Source of the DNA: an uncultured bacterium
GTDB taxonomy: Bacteria; B130-G9
NCBI GenBank assembly: GCA_965372715.1
Contig: CBDVDH010000009.1
Coordinates: 60,317-80,316 of the forward strand
DNA: 20,000 nt
Direction of reading: 5' to 3'
The notes below the pieces were generated by a model. That model saw only the letters and a list, made by a program, of their open reading frames with translations, did no database searches and was not told the DNA's origin. The stretch's first letter is position 1, and the number at the start of each line of letters is the position of its first letter. The translations under genes and the position numbers were made by a program. Shown here piece by piece: positions 8,824 to 16,860 of the stretch.

Positions 8824-9660
8824 TCAGGCGGACCTGTGAACGTCGATCATCTTCACGCCGCAGTAGTATTCGCTCGAGACCGGCTTAACGATGGCCGAGA
8901 CTTTGCCCACTATCTCCTTGATCCGCTCACACTGCGACTGTATCGACTTGAGCCGCTGGATGATGCAGTTCTCTACGCCGCCCGAGAGCCTTCTCTCTAA
9001 AAGCTCGCTCGTTGCCAGAATGACCGTCAGAGGGTTGTTGATCTCGTGGTTAAGCCCGATAGCCACTTCGCGAATAACGGACAGCCGCTTGGTCGCTATC
9101 TCGTCCGCCTTGGCCAGGAGGTCCTTGTCGTAGGCGTCCACCAGAAGCCCCATCATCCTCTCCCAGTTCTCAACCCGCTGTATCGAACCTACGAGCTCCC
9201 CAATCTCATCGTCCGAGACCGTCGGGCTGATCGACCGAAGCAGACTCCTGAAGCTGTCCGCGAGGTCAACGTCGCCCAAACAGGGGATACGCCCACTGGC
9301 ATCATCGACATCCACACCCGCCTCCAAGAGCTCAACCGCCTCGTCCACGTCTTTGGCAGTCTTAAAGAAAACGTCCAACTTCGTGTGCTCGAGAGCCTCC
9401 GCCACCGGGCCTGAGACCCCTGCAAGGCATAGCTCGGCGTCGTGAGCCTGTAGCGTCTTGGCAATTCTAACGAGAAGCCCGAGGCCCGAACTATCGACCC
9501 CAAGTACGCCGGACATGTCCAAGACAATCTTATGAACGGACGGGTCCTCTACCAGATGCTTCACCTGGCTGAAGATATCGCGCGTGTTGGTGACATTGAC
9601 CATCCCGCCCAATCCCAGGACGAACACACCGCCCAAGTTCCTGGTCTTGACCACTTGCAA
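8824..9660 (-). CDS. STAS (anti-sigma-factor antagonist) domain fused to a HisKA phosphoacceptor domain, no HATPase_c
   Basis: STAS motif VLDMSGVLGVDSSGLGLL and H-box LNHEINNPLTVI. The protein ends ~75 aa after the His. TTG start with AAGGAG 5 nt upstream. Confidence 0.9.
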   Translation of the reverse strand: MQVVKTRNLGGVFVLGLGGMVNVTNTRDIFSQVKHLVEDPSVHKIVLDMSGVLGVDSSGLGLLVRIAKTLQAHDAELCLAGVSGPVAEALEHTKLDVFFKTAKDVDEAVELLEAGVDVDDASGRIPCLGDVDLADSFRSLLRSISPTVSDDEIGELVGSIQRVENWERMMGLLVDAYDKDLLAKADEIATKRLSVIREVAIGLNHEINNPLTVILATSELLERRLSGGVENCIIQRLKSIQSQCERIKEIVGKVSAIVKPVSSEYYCGVKMIDVHRSA

Positions 9661-9797
9661 ACCCGCTCCTTACCTCAATATCCCTATAAGAAAGCGTTTC
9701 AATATGAACTAGCAGCTCTTATCGAAGATGCGTCCCCAAAACTGAAGGCGAATCTCGCCCGCCCTTGATACAACAATTAGTGTTGGCGCCAGCTGCT

Positions 9798-9826
9798 CAC
9801 CACTGAGACGCAGAGACCCGCAGAGA
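9798..9826. repeat. Solitary arm of a (c)GCAGAGAC-type short-period repeat
   Basis: CACCACTGAGACGCAGAGACCCGCAGAGA resembles the arm of the 15575-15659 element. No inverted partner was seen. Confidence 0.4.
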
Positions 9827-9837
9827 CAAACGCCGCC

Positions 9838-9893
9838 GACTTTGGACTTTGGACTTTGAACTTTGAACTTTGAACTGCTCCCCACCGGGGAGC
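9838..9893 (+). repeat. Heptamer tandem repeat (RACTTTG x5 + partial) + 17-nt hairpin, copy 2
   Basis: GACTTTG x3, AACTTTG x2, AACT, then GCTCCCC-ACC-GGGGAGC (7-bp perfect stem). Confidence 0.85.
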
Positions 9894-9910
9894 CGGGGGA
9901 GCCACCGTGC

Positions 9911-9940
9911 TTGACAGGCAAGCCAGATGCCCCATATAAT
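9911..9940 (+). promoter_or_regulatory. Consensus sigma70 promoter for the small-TM/flippase/tatC operon
   Basis: TTGACA-N18-TATAAT, ~60 nt upstream of the TTG at 10000. Confidence 0.85.
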
Positions 9941-9999
9941 CCGTCGTATGGATTTGACCGGGCGCGTTTGTTTCCCTGTGTGACGCGAGGAGAGTTGCT

Positions 10000-10182
10000 T
10001 TGTCTCAGTTCTGGGCGGCGTTGTGCGTGGCTGGATTTGCCGGTTGGGTTGCCTCGACGATCGTCTTCATCTTCGCGGCCTTCACGAAGGATAATAAGTT
10101 CTTGCCCCGAAAAGGACTGTTTTGGGGCATTGTCATCGTGCTCTTTTTCGCGCTCTGGGTCGTCGGACTGAAGATAGCTTGA
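10000..10182 (+). CDS. Small two-TM membrane protein (60 aa), unknown function
   Basis: Two hydrophobic helices separated by a basic loop (TKDNKFLPRKG). GAGGAG RBS before the TTG. First gene after the promoter and 19 nt from the next gene. Confidence 0.75.
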   Translation: MSQFWAALCVAGFAGWVASTIVFIFAAFTKDNKFLPRKGLFWGIVIVLFFALWVVGLKIA

Positions 10183-10201
10183 TCTTGAGAGCGCCCAACC
10201 G

Positions 10202-11314
10202 ATGACAGACGCTGACAGTCCAACTCCCGCACAGAAATCCATTTTGGCCAGAAACTGGAAGCTCCTTCTCGGCTTCTTGATTAGCGGCTCTTGCCTATAT
10301 TATTTCATCCGAATGTGCGACTTCGAGCAGATGTGGGCCACGGTCAGAAAAACCAGCCTGTCTTTCGTCTTGCTGACTTTGGTCTCCATTTTCGCCAGCT
10401 ATTTCGCCAGGGGCGTCCGATGGACTTTTCTCTTGAAGCCGCTCAAGCGAGTTAAGGTCGGGTCCTCACTTTCGGCGACGATCATTGGCTTTACGGCATC
10501 CAATATCTTTCCAATGAGAGCCGGCGAGTTCGTCCGGGCCTACGTTTTGGCCAAAAATGAGAACATCCGCGCGACATCAACGTTCGCGACAATCGTCGTC
10601 GAGCGGCTCTGCGATGGATTCTGCGTCCTGGCCATCCTGGTCTTGGCGCTGACGGTTATGCCGTTTCCCGAGGCGCCAGACATCGCTACGCTGAGCGAGC
10701 CAATGCAGAGAATCGTCGGCGCAATCACTCAGCAGAGGCTGCGCTACTTCGGATATTCCACGCTCGGCCTCTATCTCGGAGTGATTTCAGTTCTCGTCTT
10801 TCTCCATTTCGCGCCGAAGAAAACCGAGCAGGTCATATCCAAACTGCTCTTCTTCGCGCCCAAGAACGTCGTCCATAAGATAACGGACCTATTGCTCTCG
10901 TTCACCGACGGGATAGCCTCAATCAACACCCCGAGCCAAGCCGCAAACGTCTTCTTATGGTCGCTTCTCACATGGGGCTCAATAGTCGTTGGCCCGTGGC
11001 TGATGTCGCTTGCGTTTGGGTTGACACTGCCGATCTACATGGGTTTTTTCGTAACAGCGATACTCGCCCTCGGGGTCATGCTGCCGTCATCACCAGGGTT
11101 CATCGGGATATTCCAGCTCGCAACCGCCGCCGCAATGGTCCTCCTGGGCGTCCAAGAGCAGATCGCAACCAGCTACGCGCTGACGCTGTGGGCGCTTTCT
11201 ATCATCCCCGTAACGATACTCGGCTTTATGCTTTGTTGGGTCGGCAAAACGTCCTTCATGCACATAATAAGAGCGAGCAAAGAAGAACAGATGACAACCA
11301 AGGAAGATGTGTAG
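10202..11314 (+). CDS. Lysylphosphatidylglycerol synthase TM-domain / flippase-like membrane protein (UPF0104 type)
   Basis: Family motifs RGVRW, NIFPMRAGEFVR, VVERLCD, PSSPGFIG; multiple TM segments. Confidence 0.9.
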   Translation: MTDADSPTPAQKSILARNWKLLLGFLISGSCLYYFIRMCDFEQMWATVRKTSLSFVLLTLVSIFASYFARGVRWTFLLKPLKRVKVGSSLSATIIGFTASNIFPMRAGEFVRAYVLAKNENIRATSTFATIVVERLCDGFCVLAILVLALTVMPFPEAPDIATLSEPMQRIVGAITQQRLRYFGYSTLGLYLGVISVLVFLHFAPKKTEQVISKLLFFAPKNVVHKITDLLLSFTDGIASINTPSQAANVFLWSLLTWGSIVVGPWLMSLAFGLTLPIYMGFFVTAILALGVMLPSSPGFIGIFQLATAAAMVLLGVQEQIATSYALTLWALSIIPVTILGFMLCWVGKTSFMHIIRASKEEQMTTKEDV

Positions 11315-11384
11315 GGGCACTGCTTGCCGTGCCCTTCTTTGATGCGATCAAACGCATCAAGGGCGGGGCAAGCACCGCCCCTAC
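11311..11384. repeat. GTAG-type REP doublet (REPIN-like), copy 1
   Basis: GTAGGGGCAC-TGCTTGCC-GTGCCC ... GGGCGG-GGCAAGCA-CCGCCCCTAC, with inner hairpin TTGATGCG/CGCATCAA. A second copy lies at 17296-17371. Confidence 0.85.
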
Positions 11385-11411
11385 AGGCCTATTCCGCTGA
11401 TGGCGTGACAC

Positions 11412-12158
11412 ATGACGCAACACCAATCTGACGCCGACCAGCCTTCCACCAAGATGTCGATCGTCGAACACCTCGCCGAACTCAGGCGGCGCCTCATCGT
11501 CTGCATCGCCGCGCTTATCGTCGCGTTTGCAGCCGCCTATGTCTTCTCCGAACGGATACTCAAGGTGCTCACGGCGCCAATCGAGGAGGCCCTGACATCA
11601 GACGGCAGCCTCTCGATACTCAAGGTGCAGGAGGCCTTCCTAACGCACATCAAGGTCGCCCTCGTGGCCGCCGTCATCGCCGCATTCCCGGTCATCATCC
11701 ACCAGGTCTGGGGATTCGTTATCCCCGCCCTCAAGAAAAAGGAAGCCAAGGCGGGAGTGACGCTCATCTTCTTCTCCACGTTGCTCTTCGCGGTGGGGAT
11801 TCTCTTTGCTTACTTCACGATATTGCCCTACGCGTTCACGTTCTTCCTAAAAAGCGCCCAAGGCATCGCCTCGCCCAACATCTCGCTCGCGTTCTACGTT
11901 GCCTTCTGCGCACGCGTCATGCTGGCGTTCGGCATCGTATTCCAGCTGCCGCTCGTCATCGTCTTCCTCGTCCGCTCAGGCATCGTCACCCTGGACCAAG
12001 TCAAGAAGGCCCGAAAATACGCCATCGTCCTCATCTTCGTCGCCGCAGCACTCCTCACGCCGCCCGACGTGCTCACCCAAATCCTCATGGCAATCCCACT
12101 CCTCGCCCTCTACGAGCTCAGCATCCTCGCCGCATACGCGCTGCGAAAGCGGGATTGA
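11412..12158 (+). CDS. tatC: Twin-arginine translocase subunit TatC
   Basis: MSIVEHLAELRRRL, QVWGFVIPALKKKE, FGIVFQLP, RKYAIV, LTPPDVLTQ, LYELSI. Confidence 0.97.
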   Translation: MTQHQSDADQPSTKMSIVEHLAELRRRLIVCIAALIVAFAAAYVFSERILKVLTAPIEEALTSDGSLSILKVQEAFLTHIKVALVAAVIAAFPVIIHQVWGFVIPALKKKEAKAGVTLIFFSTLLFAVGILFAYFTILPYAFTFFLKSAQGIASPNISLAFYVAFCARVMLAFGIVFQLPLVIVFLVRSGIVTLDQVKKARKYAIVLIFVAAALLTPPDVLTQILMAIPLLALYELSILAAYALRKRD

Positions 12159-12165
12159 TGAGAGC

Positions 12166-12358
12166 TGGGGACAGCCGCAAGTAGCGACGGAGATGTGCTG
12201 AGGCGAGCTCGGAACGTGCGAGCCGACCGGGGAATAGAGAATTCGAAAGGTTCTCCCGTGTCCCGAGGGTACCCCCTCCGCCGCTTTTGAGGAATGGGCC
12301 GAGATGTTGCGAGGCAACCTCCCGCCCAGCCGCCAATCGCAAGGCGATTGAGGACCCA
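12166..12358 (+). ncRNA. Candidate ~190-nt multi-helix structured RNA, no family recognised
   Basis: A long interrupted helix (12175-12199 with 12268-12292) encloses hairpins GCUCG/CGAGC and GAGAAUU-CGAAA-GGUUCUC. It is followed by UGGGC..GAG..GUUGC-GAG-GCAAC..CUC..GCCCA and CAAUCGC-AAG-GCGAUUG, all closed by UGGG/CCCA. G-U pairs favour the + strand. Confidence 0.5.
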
Positions 12359-12485
12359 ACGGAGAAATGACTGAAACGTTTGAGGCGATTCACGCTCGGT
12401 GGTATCTTTGGGTCAGTTAAAGGAACCAGACGAACCAAACGGTGCGCGATGCGCTTACCGCGTGGAAATACTGTAATCCTTCAAT

Positions 12486-12569
12486 TCCCTGAAAGGGGAT
12501 AACGTGGGTAGCCGTAGGTGAAACCTACGGAAAGGCGAGAATGTAAATGAGGAATCAACCCTGAAGGGG
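12486..12569. repeat. Palindromic REP-like element (CCCTGAA(A)GGGG x2 around CCGTAGGT-GAA-ACCTACGG)
   Basis: Two short hairpins TCCCTGAAAGGGGA and AACCCTGAAGGGG flank a perfect 8-bp stem (12512-12530) preceded by GTAG. Confidence 0.6.
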
Positions 12570-12621
12570 CATGTCCGCCCTAGCTGGGCGGCGGCGGATT
12601 GCACAAAGGAGGGCCAAGGAA

Positions 12622-14130
12622 ATGAGCCCAAAGAAGAAAAAGAAAGAGACGAAGCCAAAACCAATCGACCTCAAGCTGACGCTCGAGAACTTCGGCCCCC
12701 TCCGAAAGGCCGAAATCAAACTCAAGCCAATGACCATCTTCATCGGCCCGAATAATTCGGGGAAGACCTATGCCGCGATGATGTTCTATTCTGTGTTCCA
12801 GTCTTTACAGCTCGCAGGGGCCGCAACGTCTCATCCTGAGCTGATGCGTGGCCCGCCGGGGGCTTACTCCCGGGCCGTTCGGGGTCAAATCGCCTCCCTC
12901 CTGGCGAGGGTCGCTAAACTCAGCGGAGAAAAACTATCGGAGGCATTGCCCGAAGACTTCGTGCAGGATCTGGTTGAAACCACCAGGACAACGATGGGGA
13001 CGGTTCTGAAGGAGCACATCTCCGGGTGCTATGGCGCGGCCCTAGAGGAACTGGTCAGGATCGGAAACGGGAAAACGGACTTAGCATTGGGCGTGGAGAC
13101 GAACCTGCTCTCGATCAGCCTCAGACCCGGCCAGGATGCCCTTCAGATACAGCCTGCAAAGGGCTCCTTCAAACTTCCGGACGGCGCATCGGCGCCGATC
13201 TTGCGCCATCTTCTCGAAGATCGGAATGCCCTTGAAAGTCGCAAAGAGCGAGACAGGTATGTTCTCTGGGCCCTTGTGCTGGAGCTCGCCGAAATCCCCA
13301 TGTTTGGAAGGCTGTTCTCTACGTTTGACAGAGGGATGTGTTATCTCCCGGCCGCCAGGTCAGGCATGTTGCAGGCGAGGAAGGCTTTCACGAGCAGTCT
13401 CCTGCAGCAGCTCCCCTACGCGGGATTCAGAAAGATCCAGCTTCCGGCTCTTGTGGGGACCGTTTCTACCTTTCTGTCGATTCTGGCCGATCTTCCCACT
13501 AGCACTACATCATTAAGTTCGCTGGCGCAGAAATTCGAAGAGGAACTTATTTCCGGTGAAATCATGGTTCAAAGAGACAGGGATCTTGTCCCTACCGAGT
13601 TCTCGTACCGTTTTAGAGGAGGCCAAATACCTCTTCACAGGGCGTCATCTACCGTCTCTGAGCTTGCGCCCATATTTCTATTCCTAAAGTACTTGGTGGA
13701 GCCCGGCAGTGTACTGATCATAGAAGAACCCGAGGCGCACTTGCACCCCGCCAATCAGCGGATACTTGCGAAGTATCTCGTTAGGCTGGTCCGGGAAGGC
13801 GTCAACCTGATCATCACGACACACAGTGATTACCTGTTTGGGCAGATCAACAACTATGTCGTGTGGGGCAAGGTCAGAGAGAAGCGACTCAAGGAGAAGT
13901 CGAGTGATCTGCCTGAGGATTATCTTAATCCCGAAGAGGTCGGCGCTTACCTATTCAAGCGAGATAAGAGGATCAAGAAGGGGGTGGCCTATCGGACTGA
14001 GGAGCTTGAGGTTACGGACGAGGGTTTCTCGGAGCAGGAATTCGTAAAGGTCAGCCACGCGATGTATGACGAACTAGTTGATCTCAGACGTCAGATTGAT
14101 CCTAAGGAATACTTGGATGACGAATGGTAG
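12622..14130 (+). CDS. ABC-type ATPase of the AAA_15/AAA_21 (AbiEii-like) group
   Basis: LENFGPL...Walker A GPNNSGKT; YLPAARSG; ASSTVSE signature; Walker B/D-loop LIIEEPEAHLHP; H-loop TTHS. Start moved from 12571 to the ATG at 12622 because AAGGAGG lies 9 nt upstream. Confidence 0.93.
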   Translation: MSPKKKKKETKPKPIDLKLTLENFGPLRKAEIKLKPMTIFIGPNNSGKTYAAMMFYSVFQSLQLAGAATSHPELMRGPPGAYSRAVRGQIASLLARVAKLSGEKLSEALPEDFVQDLVETTRTTMGTVLKEHISGCYGAALEELVRIGNGKTDLALGVETNLLSISLRPGQDALQIQPAKGSFKLPDGASAPILRHLLEDRNALESRKERDRYVLWALVLELAEIPMFGRLFSTFDRGMCYLPAARSGMLQARKAFTSSLLQQLPYAGFRKIQLPALVGTVSTFLSILADLPTSTTSLSSLAQKFEEELISGEIMVQRDRDLVPTEFSYRFRGGQIPLHRASSTVSELAPIFLFLKYLVEPGSVLIIEEPEAHLHPANQRILAKYLVRLVREGVNLIITTHSDYLFGQINNYVVWGKVREKRLKEKSSDLPEDYLNPEEVGAYLFKRDKRIKKGVAYRTEELEVTDEGFSEQEFVKVSHAMYDELVDLRRQIDPKEYLDDEW

Positions 14131-14728
14131 ATTGAGGAGATATCCTCAAGGAGCCGTGGATTATCTTAAGAATCGCACGAGTCTGAAGAAGGCGATCAGG
14201 CCCGAGGGATGTAGAGAACCCGTCCGTCTCCCAGACGGGGATAAAGATGAATGCCATATCTGCACTGAGGGTGTGCCAGAAGACTCATTCGTCGTCTTGG
14301 GCGAGCCATTGATTCAGAGGGAAAGAAGACACAAATGTGACTGCGTGATATTTTATGAGCGGAATGATGGATGCGAGCCCTTCATCGCCATCGTCCTTGT
14401 TAAGATCAGAAGTCAGCTCCCAAGACCCAAAAGGAAAGACAAACGGGGCAAATCCAAACTCGAGCAGAAGTTCAAACACACTTCTGAGAGGGTCCACGGA
14501 ATCCTAAGAGACTTTGAAGGAAGAATAGACGGCAGGATGGAGGTCCGATGGTTCCCGATATTGGTTTCTTTGCCCTTAACAGAGAAACAGATTGACGTGC
14601 TAAAGGGCAAGACGGTCGCATGTGGGCCTAAGAATAAGCGGCTTCTGCACAGGGAGTGTGATCCTCGCAAAGATCTTCACCCTCACCTATTGCACGACAT
14701 CATTGACTTCAAGCCACAGATTGTCTGA
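14117..14728 (+). CDS. ATPase partner protein, probable degenerate PD-(D/E)xK-fold nuclease
   Basis: Overlaps the ATPase stop; AAGGA lies 8 nt before the ATG at 14117. KCDCVIF...IAIVLVK...KLEQKF resembles the D...ExK...Q layout, but Leu occupies the Glu position. The CDS is fairly secure and the fold is tentative. Confidence 0.65.
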   Translation: MTNGRLRRYPQGAVDYLKNRTSLKKAIRPEGCREPVRLPDGDKDECHICTEGVPEDSFVVLGEPLIQRERRHKCDCVIFYERNDGCEPFIAIVLVKIRSQLPRPKRKDKRGKSKLEQKFKHTSERVHGILRDFEGRIDGRMEVRWFPILVSLPLTEKQIDVLKGKTVACGPKNKRLLHRECDPRKDLHPHLLHDIIDFKPQIV

Positions 14729-14735
14729 TTCCCTC

Positions 14736-15566
14736 TCAATCCTCCCCCATCAGCAGCTTCAGCGCAATCGCATTCTTCGCGGCTTGGCCGAGGTGGCAGT
14801 TGTTGAATAGGACGAATATCTTGCGGGCGTTCTTGGACATGTTCTTGAGGCGCTCGGCCCAGTCGTTCAGTTCTTCGTTGCTGTACGAGTAGTCGTATCT
14901 CAGGGCGCCTCCTTGCCACCAGTGCTTGGCGTTGCGGCCGTGGAGGCGCACGTAGCCGGTTTTTTCGGAGGTGGTGACCTCCTGCGGCGGCAGGAGGCCC
15001 TTGAGGCGCGGCTCATCGACGCAGGAGTAGATGATGTTTTCGGCCCGGAGGAACTCATAAGTCTCGTCGCGTAGCCAGCTGTCGTGCCGAAACTCCACGA
15101 CAAGCGGCGCCGGCGGCAGCCTGTCTCGCATCGCCCTGATGTAGTCCACGTTCGGCGGCGAATACTTGAATGACCAGGGGAACTGCGACAGGAGCGCGGA
15201 GAGCTGGCCGGCGTCGAGCAGCGGGGCGATGCACTCGCCGTAGATTCGATAGTCCTCGTCGGTCGCCTTGCGCGTATGCGTCATGTCCTGGTGCGTCTTG
15301 ACGACGAACTCGAAGTCCGGGGTGACTTTCCTCAGCATCGCCTCGAACGTCTTGGGCCCCGGGACGCGGTAGTAGGTGGCGTTGATCTCCGCCACGCCGA
15401 AGTGCTGCGCGTAGAATGTCAGCATGTCGCGATTGGAGATGTTCTCAGGGTAGAACGTACCCTTCCAGTCCTGGAAGCTGTAGCCCGACGTCCCGATTAG
15501 GAACCGCCTCTTCGGGCCGCTTTGATCAGGCTGTTTCGAGCCAAAATCTATGGATTGTTGCGACAT
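14736..15566 (-). CDS. DUF72 (YecE/YunF-like) TIM-barrel protein
   Basis: IGTSGYS..W.G.FYP, EINATYY, QFPWSF, VEFRHDSW, CVDEP, YVRLHGRN, RYDYSYS, FNNCH. The ATG at 15566 is preferred because the track start (15590) lies inside a repeat arm. Confidence 0.95.
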   Translation of the reverse strand: MSQQSIDFGSKQPDQSGPKRRFLIGTSGYSFQDWKGTFYPENISNRDMLTFYAQHFGVAEINATYYRVPGPKTFEAMLRKVTPDFEFVVKTHQDMTHTRKATDEDYRIYGECIAPLLDAGQLSALLSQFPWSFKYSPPNVDYIRAMRDRLPPAPLVVEFRHDSWLRDETYEFLRAENIIYSCVDEPRLKGLLPPQEVTTSEKTGYVRLHGRNAKHWWQGGALRYDYSYSNEELNDWAERLKNMSKNARKIFVLFNNCHLGQAAKNAIALKLLMGED

Positions 15567-15574
15567 GCTAGTAG

Positions 15575-15659
15575 ATAACCACAGAGACACAGAGTCACAG
15601 AGATGTCAAGAAAACAAACATAAAGGTCCCTCTCTGTGACTCTGTGTCTCTGTGGTTAT
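15575..15659. repeat. Perfect 29-bp inverted repeat built from 8-bp CACAGAGN units, 27-nt spacer
   Basis: ATAACCACAGAGACACAGAGTCACAGAGA (15575-15603) and its exact reverse complement (15631-15659). Confidence 0.92.
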
Positions 15660-15663
15660 TTCC

Positions 15664-16854
15664 TCACACAGCATACGCCGAAAGCGAGCCTGCATAGCGG
15701 ATAGCCCTTTCGCCGAAGCGGTCGCGTATCTTATCGGCCGCCTCGACCATATTTTTGTATCGTCGGTTGTTTTCTACGCCGAATAGCTCCTGCTGCACGC
15801 TCTGCGAGCGGGCGAGGGTGCCGGCGCATACACCGAGCAAACGTAACATTTTTCTATCCTTCCAGGAAGCGAGCAAAAGTCTTTTGGCGTATGGGAATAT
15901 CACGCGTTCCAGGTTGGTCGGCGTTCGGAGCATGCAGCAGCGCGTGATCGTTTTGAAGTCGGCGAAGCGGAGCTTGATCGTGATATTGTTGGCGAAGTAA
16001 TTGCCCTTTCTAAGGCGTCTTGCGAGCTTCTCGGACAGCCAAAGCAGCGTCCCGAACACCGCCCGGGGGTTGTTCACATCGCGGTCGAACGTGTGCTCGT
16101 GACCCATCGATTTGGCGCTGTGCGACTTGTAATATGGGATGATCGGGCTGTCGTCGATGCCGCGGGACGCATGGTAGAGGCACTCGCCGCCGACGCCGAA
16201 ATGGCGAACCAGCACGTCGCGCGGCACGAGCGTTAGGTCAAAAACCGTCCCGACGCCGAGCTTGTGCAGCACCTGCTGCGTCTTCTCACCGACGCCGTAG
16301 AGCTTGCCGATGGGAAGTTTCGACAAAAAGCTCTGCTCTTCGCCCGGTAAGACGACCGTCAGCCCGTCCGGCTTGTGCAGGCCTGACGCCATCTTGGCCA
16401 CGAGCTTGTTCGGCGCGATGCCAACTGAGCAGGTCAGGCCGAGCTCCTTTTTGACCCGGTCCTTGATCGACCAAGCGACGCTCTCCGGCGGACCATACAT
16501 CGCCTCGCAACCCGTAATGTCCACGAACGCCTCGTCCACGCTCGCTATCTCCACCTCGGACGTAACGTCCTTGAGTATCCGCATCAGCCTGCTCGAGGCG
16601 TAGATGTATTTGTCGGAATTGCCCTCGACGAACGCCGCGTCAGGACACTTGATATGCGCAGAGAACGCCGAACTGCCAGACCCTATCCCAAATTTCCGCG
16701 CCTCATACGACGCGGTCGAGACGACGCTCCGCCTGTCGGGGCTGCCGCAGATAACCACCGGCTTGCCTCGCAGATTGGGATTGTCCCGCTGCTCAATCGC
16801 AGCGAAAAAGCAATCCATGTCAATGTGTATGATCGTCCGAAAACAATCTTTCAT
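15664..16854 (-). CDS. dinB: DNA polymerase IV (Y family)
   Basis: IIHIDMDCFFA, STASYEARKFG, SVDEAFVD, SVGIAPNKLVAKMAS..KPDG, little-finger KSMGHEHTF, C-terminal QQELF. Confidence 0.96.
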   Translation of the reverse strand: MKDCFRTIIHIDMDCFFAAIEQRDNPNLRGKPVVICGSPDRRSVVSTASYEARKFGIGSGSSAFSAHIKCPDAAFVEGNSDKYIYASSRLMRILKDVTSEVEIASVDEAFVDITGCEAMYGPPESVAWSIKDRVKKELGLTCSVGIAPNKLVAKMASGLHKPDGLTVVLPGEEQSFLSKLPIGKLYGVGEKTQQVLHKLGVGTVFDLTLVPRDVLVRHFGVGGECLYHASRGIDDSPIIPYYKSHSAKSMGHEHTFDRDVNNPRAVFGTLLWLSEKLARRLRKGNYFANNITIKLRFADFKTITRCCMLRTPTNLERVIFPYAKRLLLASWKDRKMLRLLGVCAGTLARSQSVQQELFGVENNRRYKNMVEAADKIRDRFGERAIRYAGSLSAYAV

Positions 16855-16860
16855 AGCCTA

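Noticed and set aside
9838-9876. Short tandem repeats here and at 15575 and 16861 as CRISPR arrays
   Set aside because: Units are 7-10 bp with no unique spacers, and no cas genes are present.
10000-10182. Small ORF as tatA/tatB
   Set aside because: Two TM helices, no FG hinge and no amphipathic or charged tail.
9709-10242. 177-aa minus-strand ORF
   Set aside because: It spans the promoter and heptamer repeat (KFKVQSPKSKV) and is antisense to a better-supported gene.
12167-12226. tmRNA-like 5' end (GGGG...CGACGG...GTGCGAGCCGA)
   Set aside because: No T-arm/CCA 3' end and no Ala-ending tag frame downstream.
12367-12420. 17-aa mini-ORF MTETFEAIHARWYLWVS
   Set aside because: GGAG is only 2 nt from the ATG and there is no other support.
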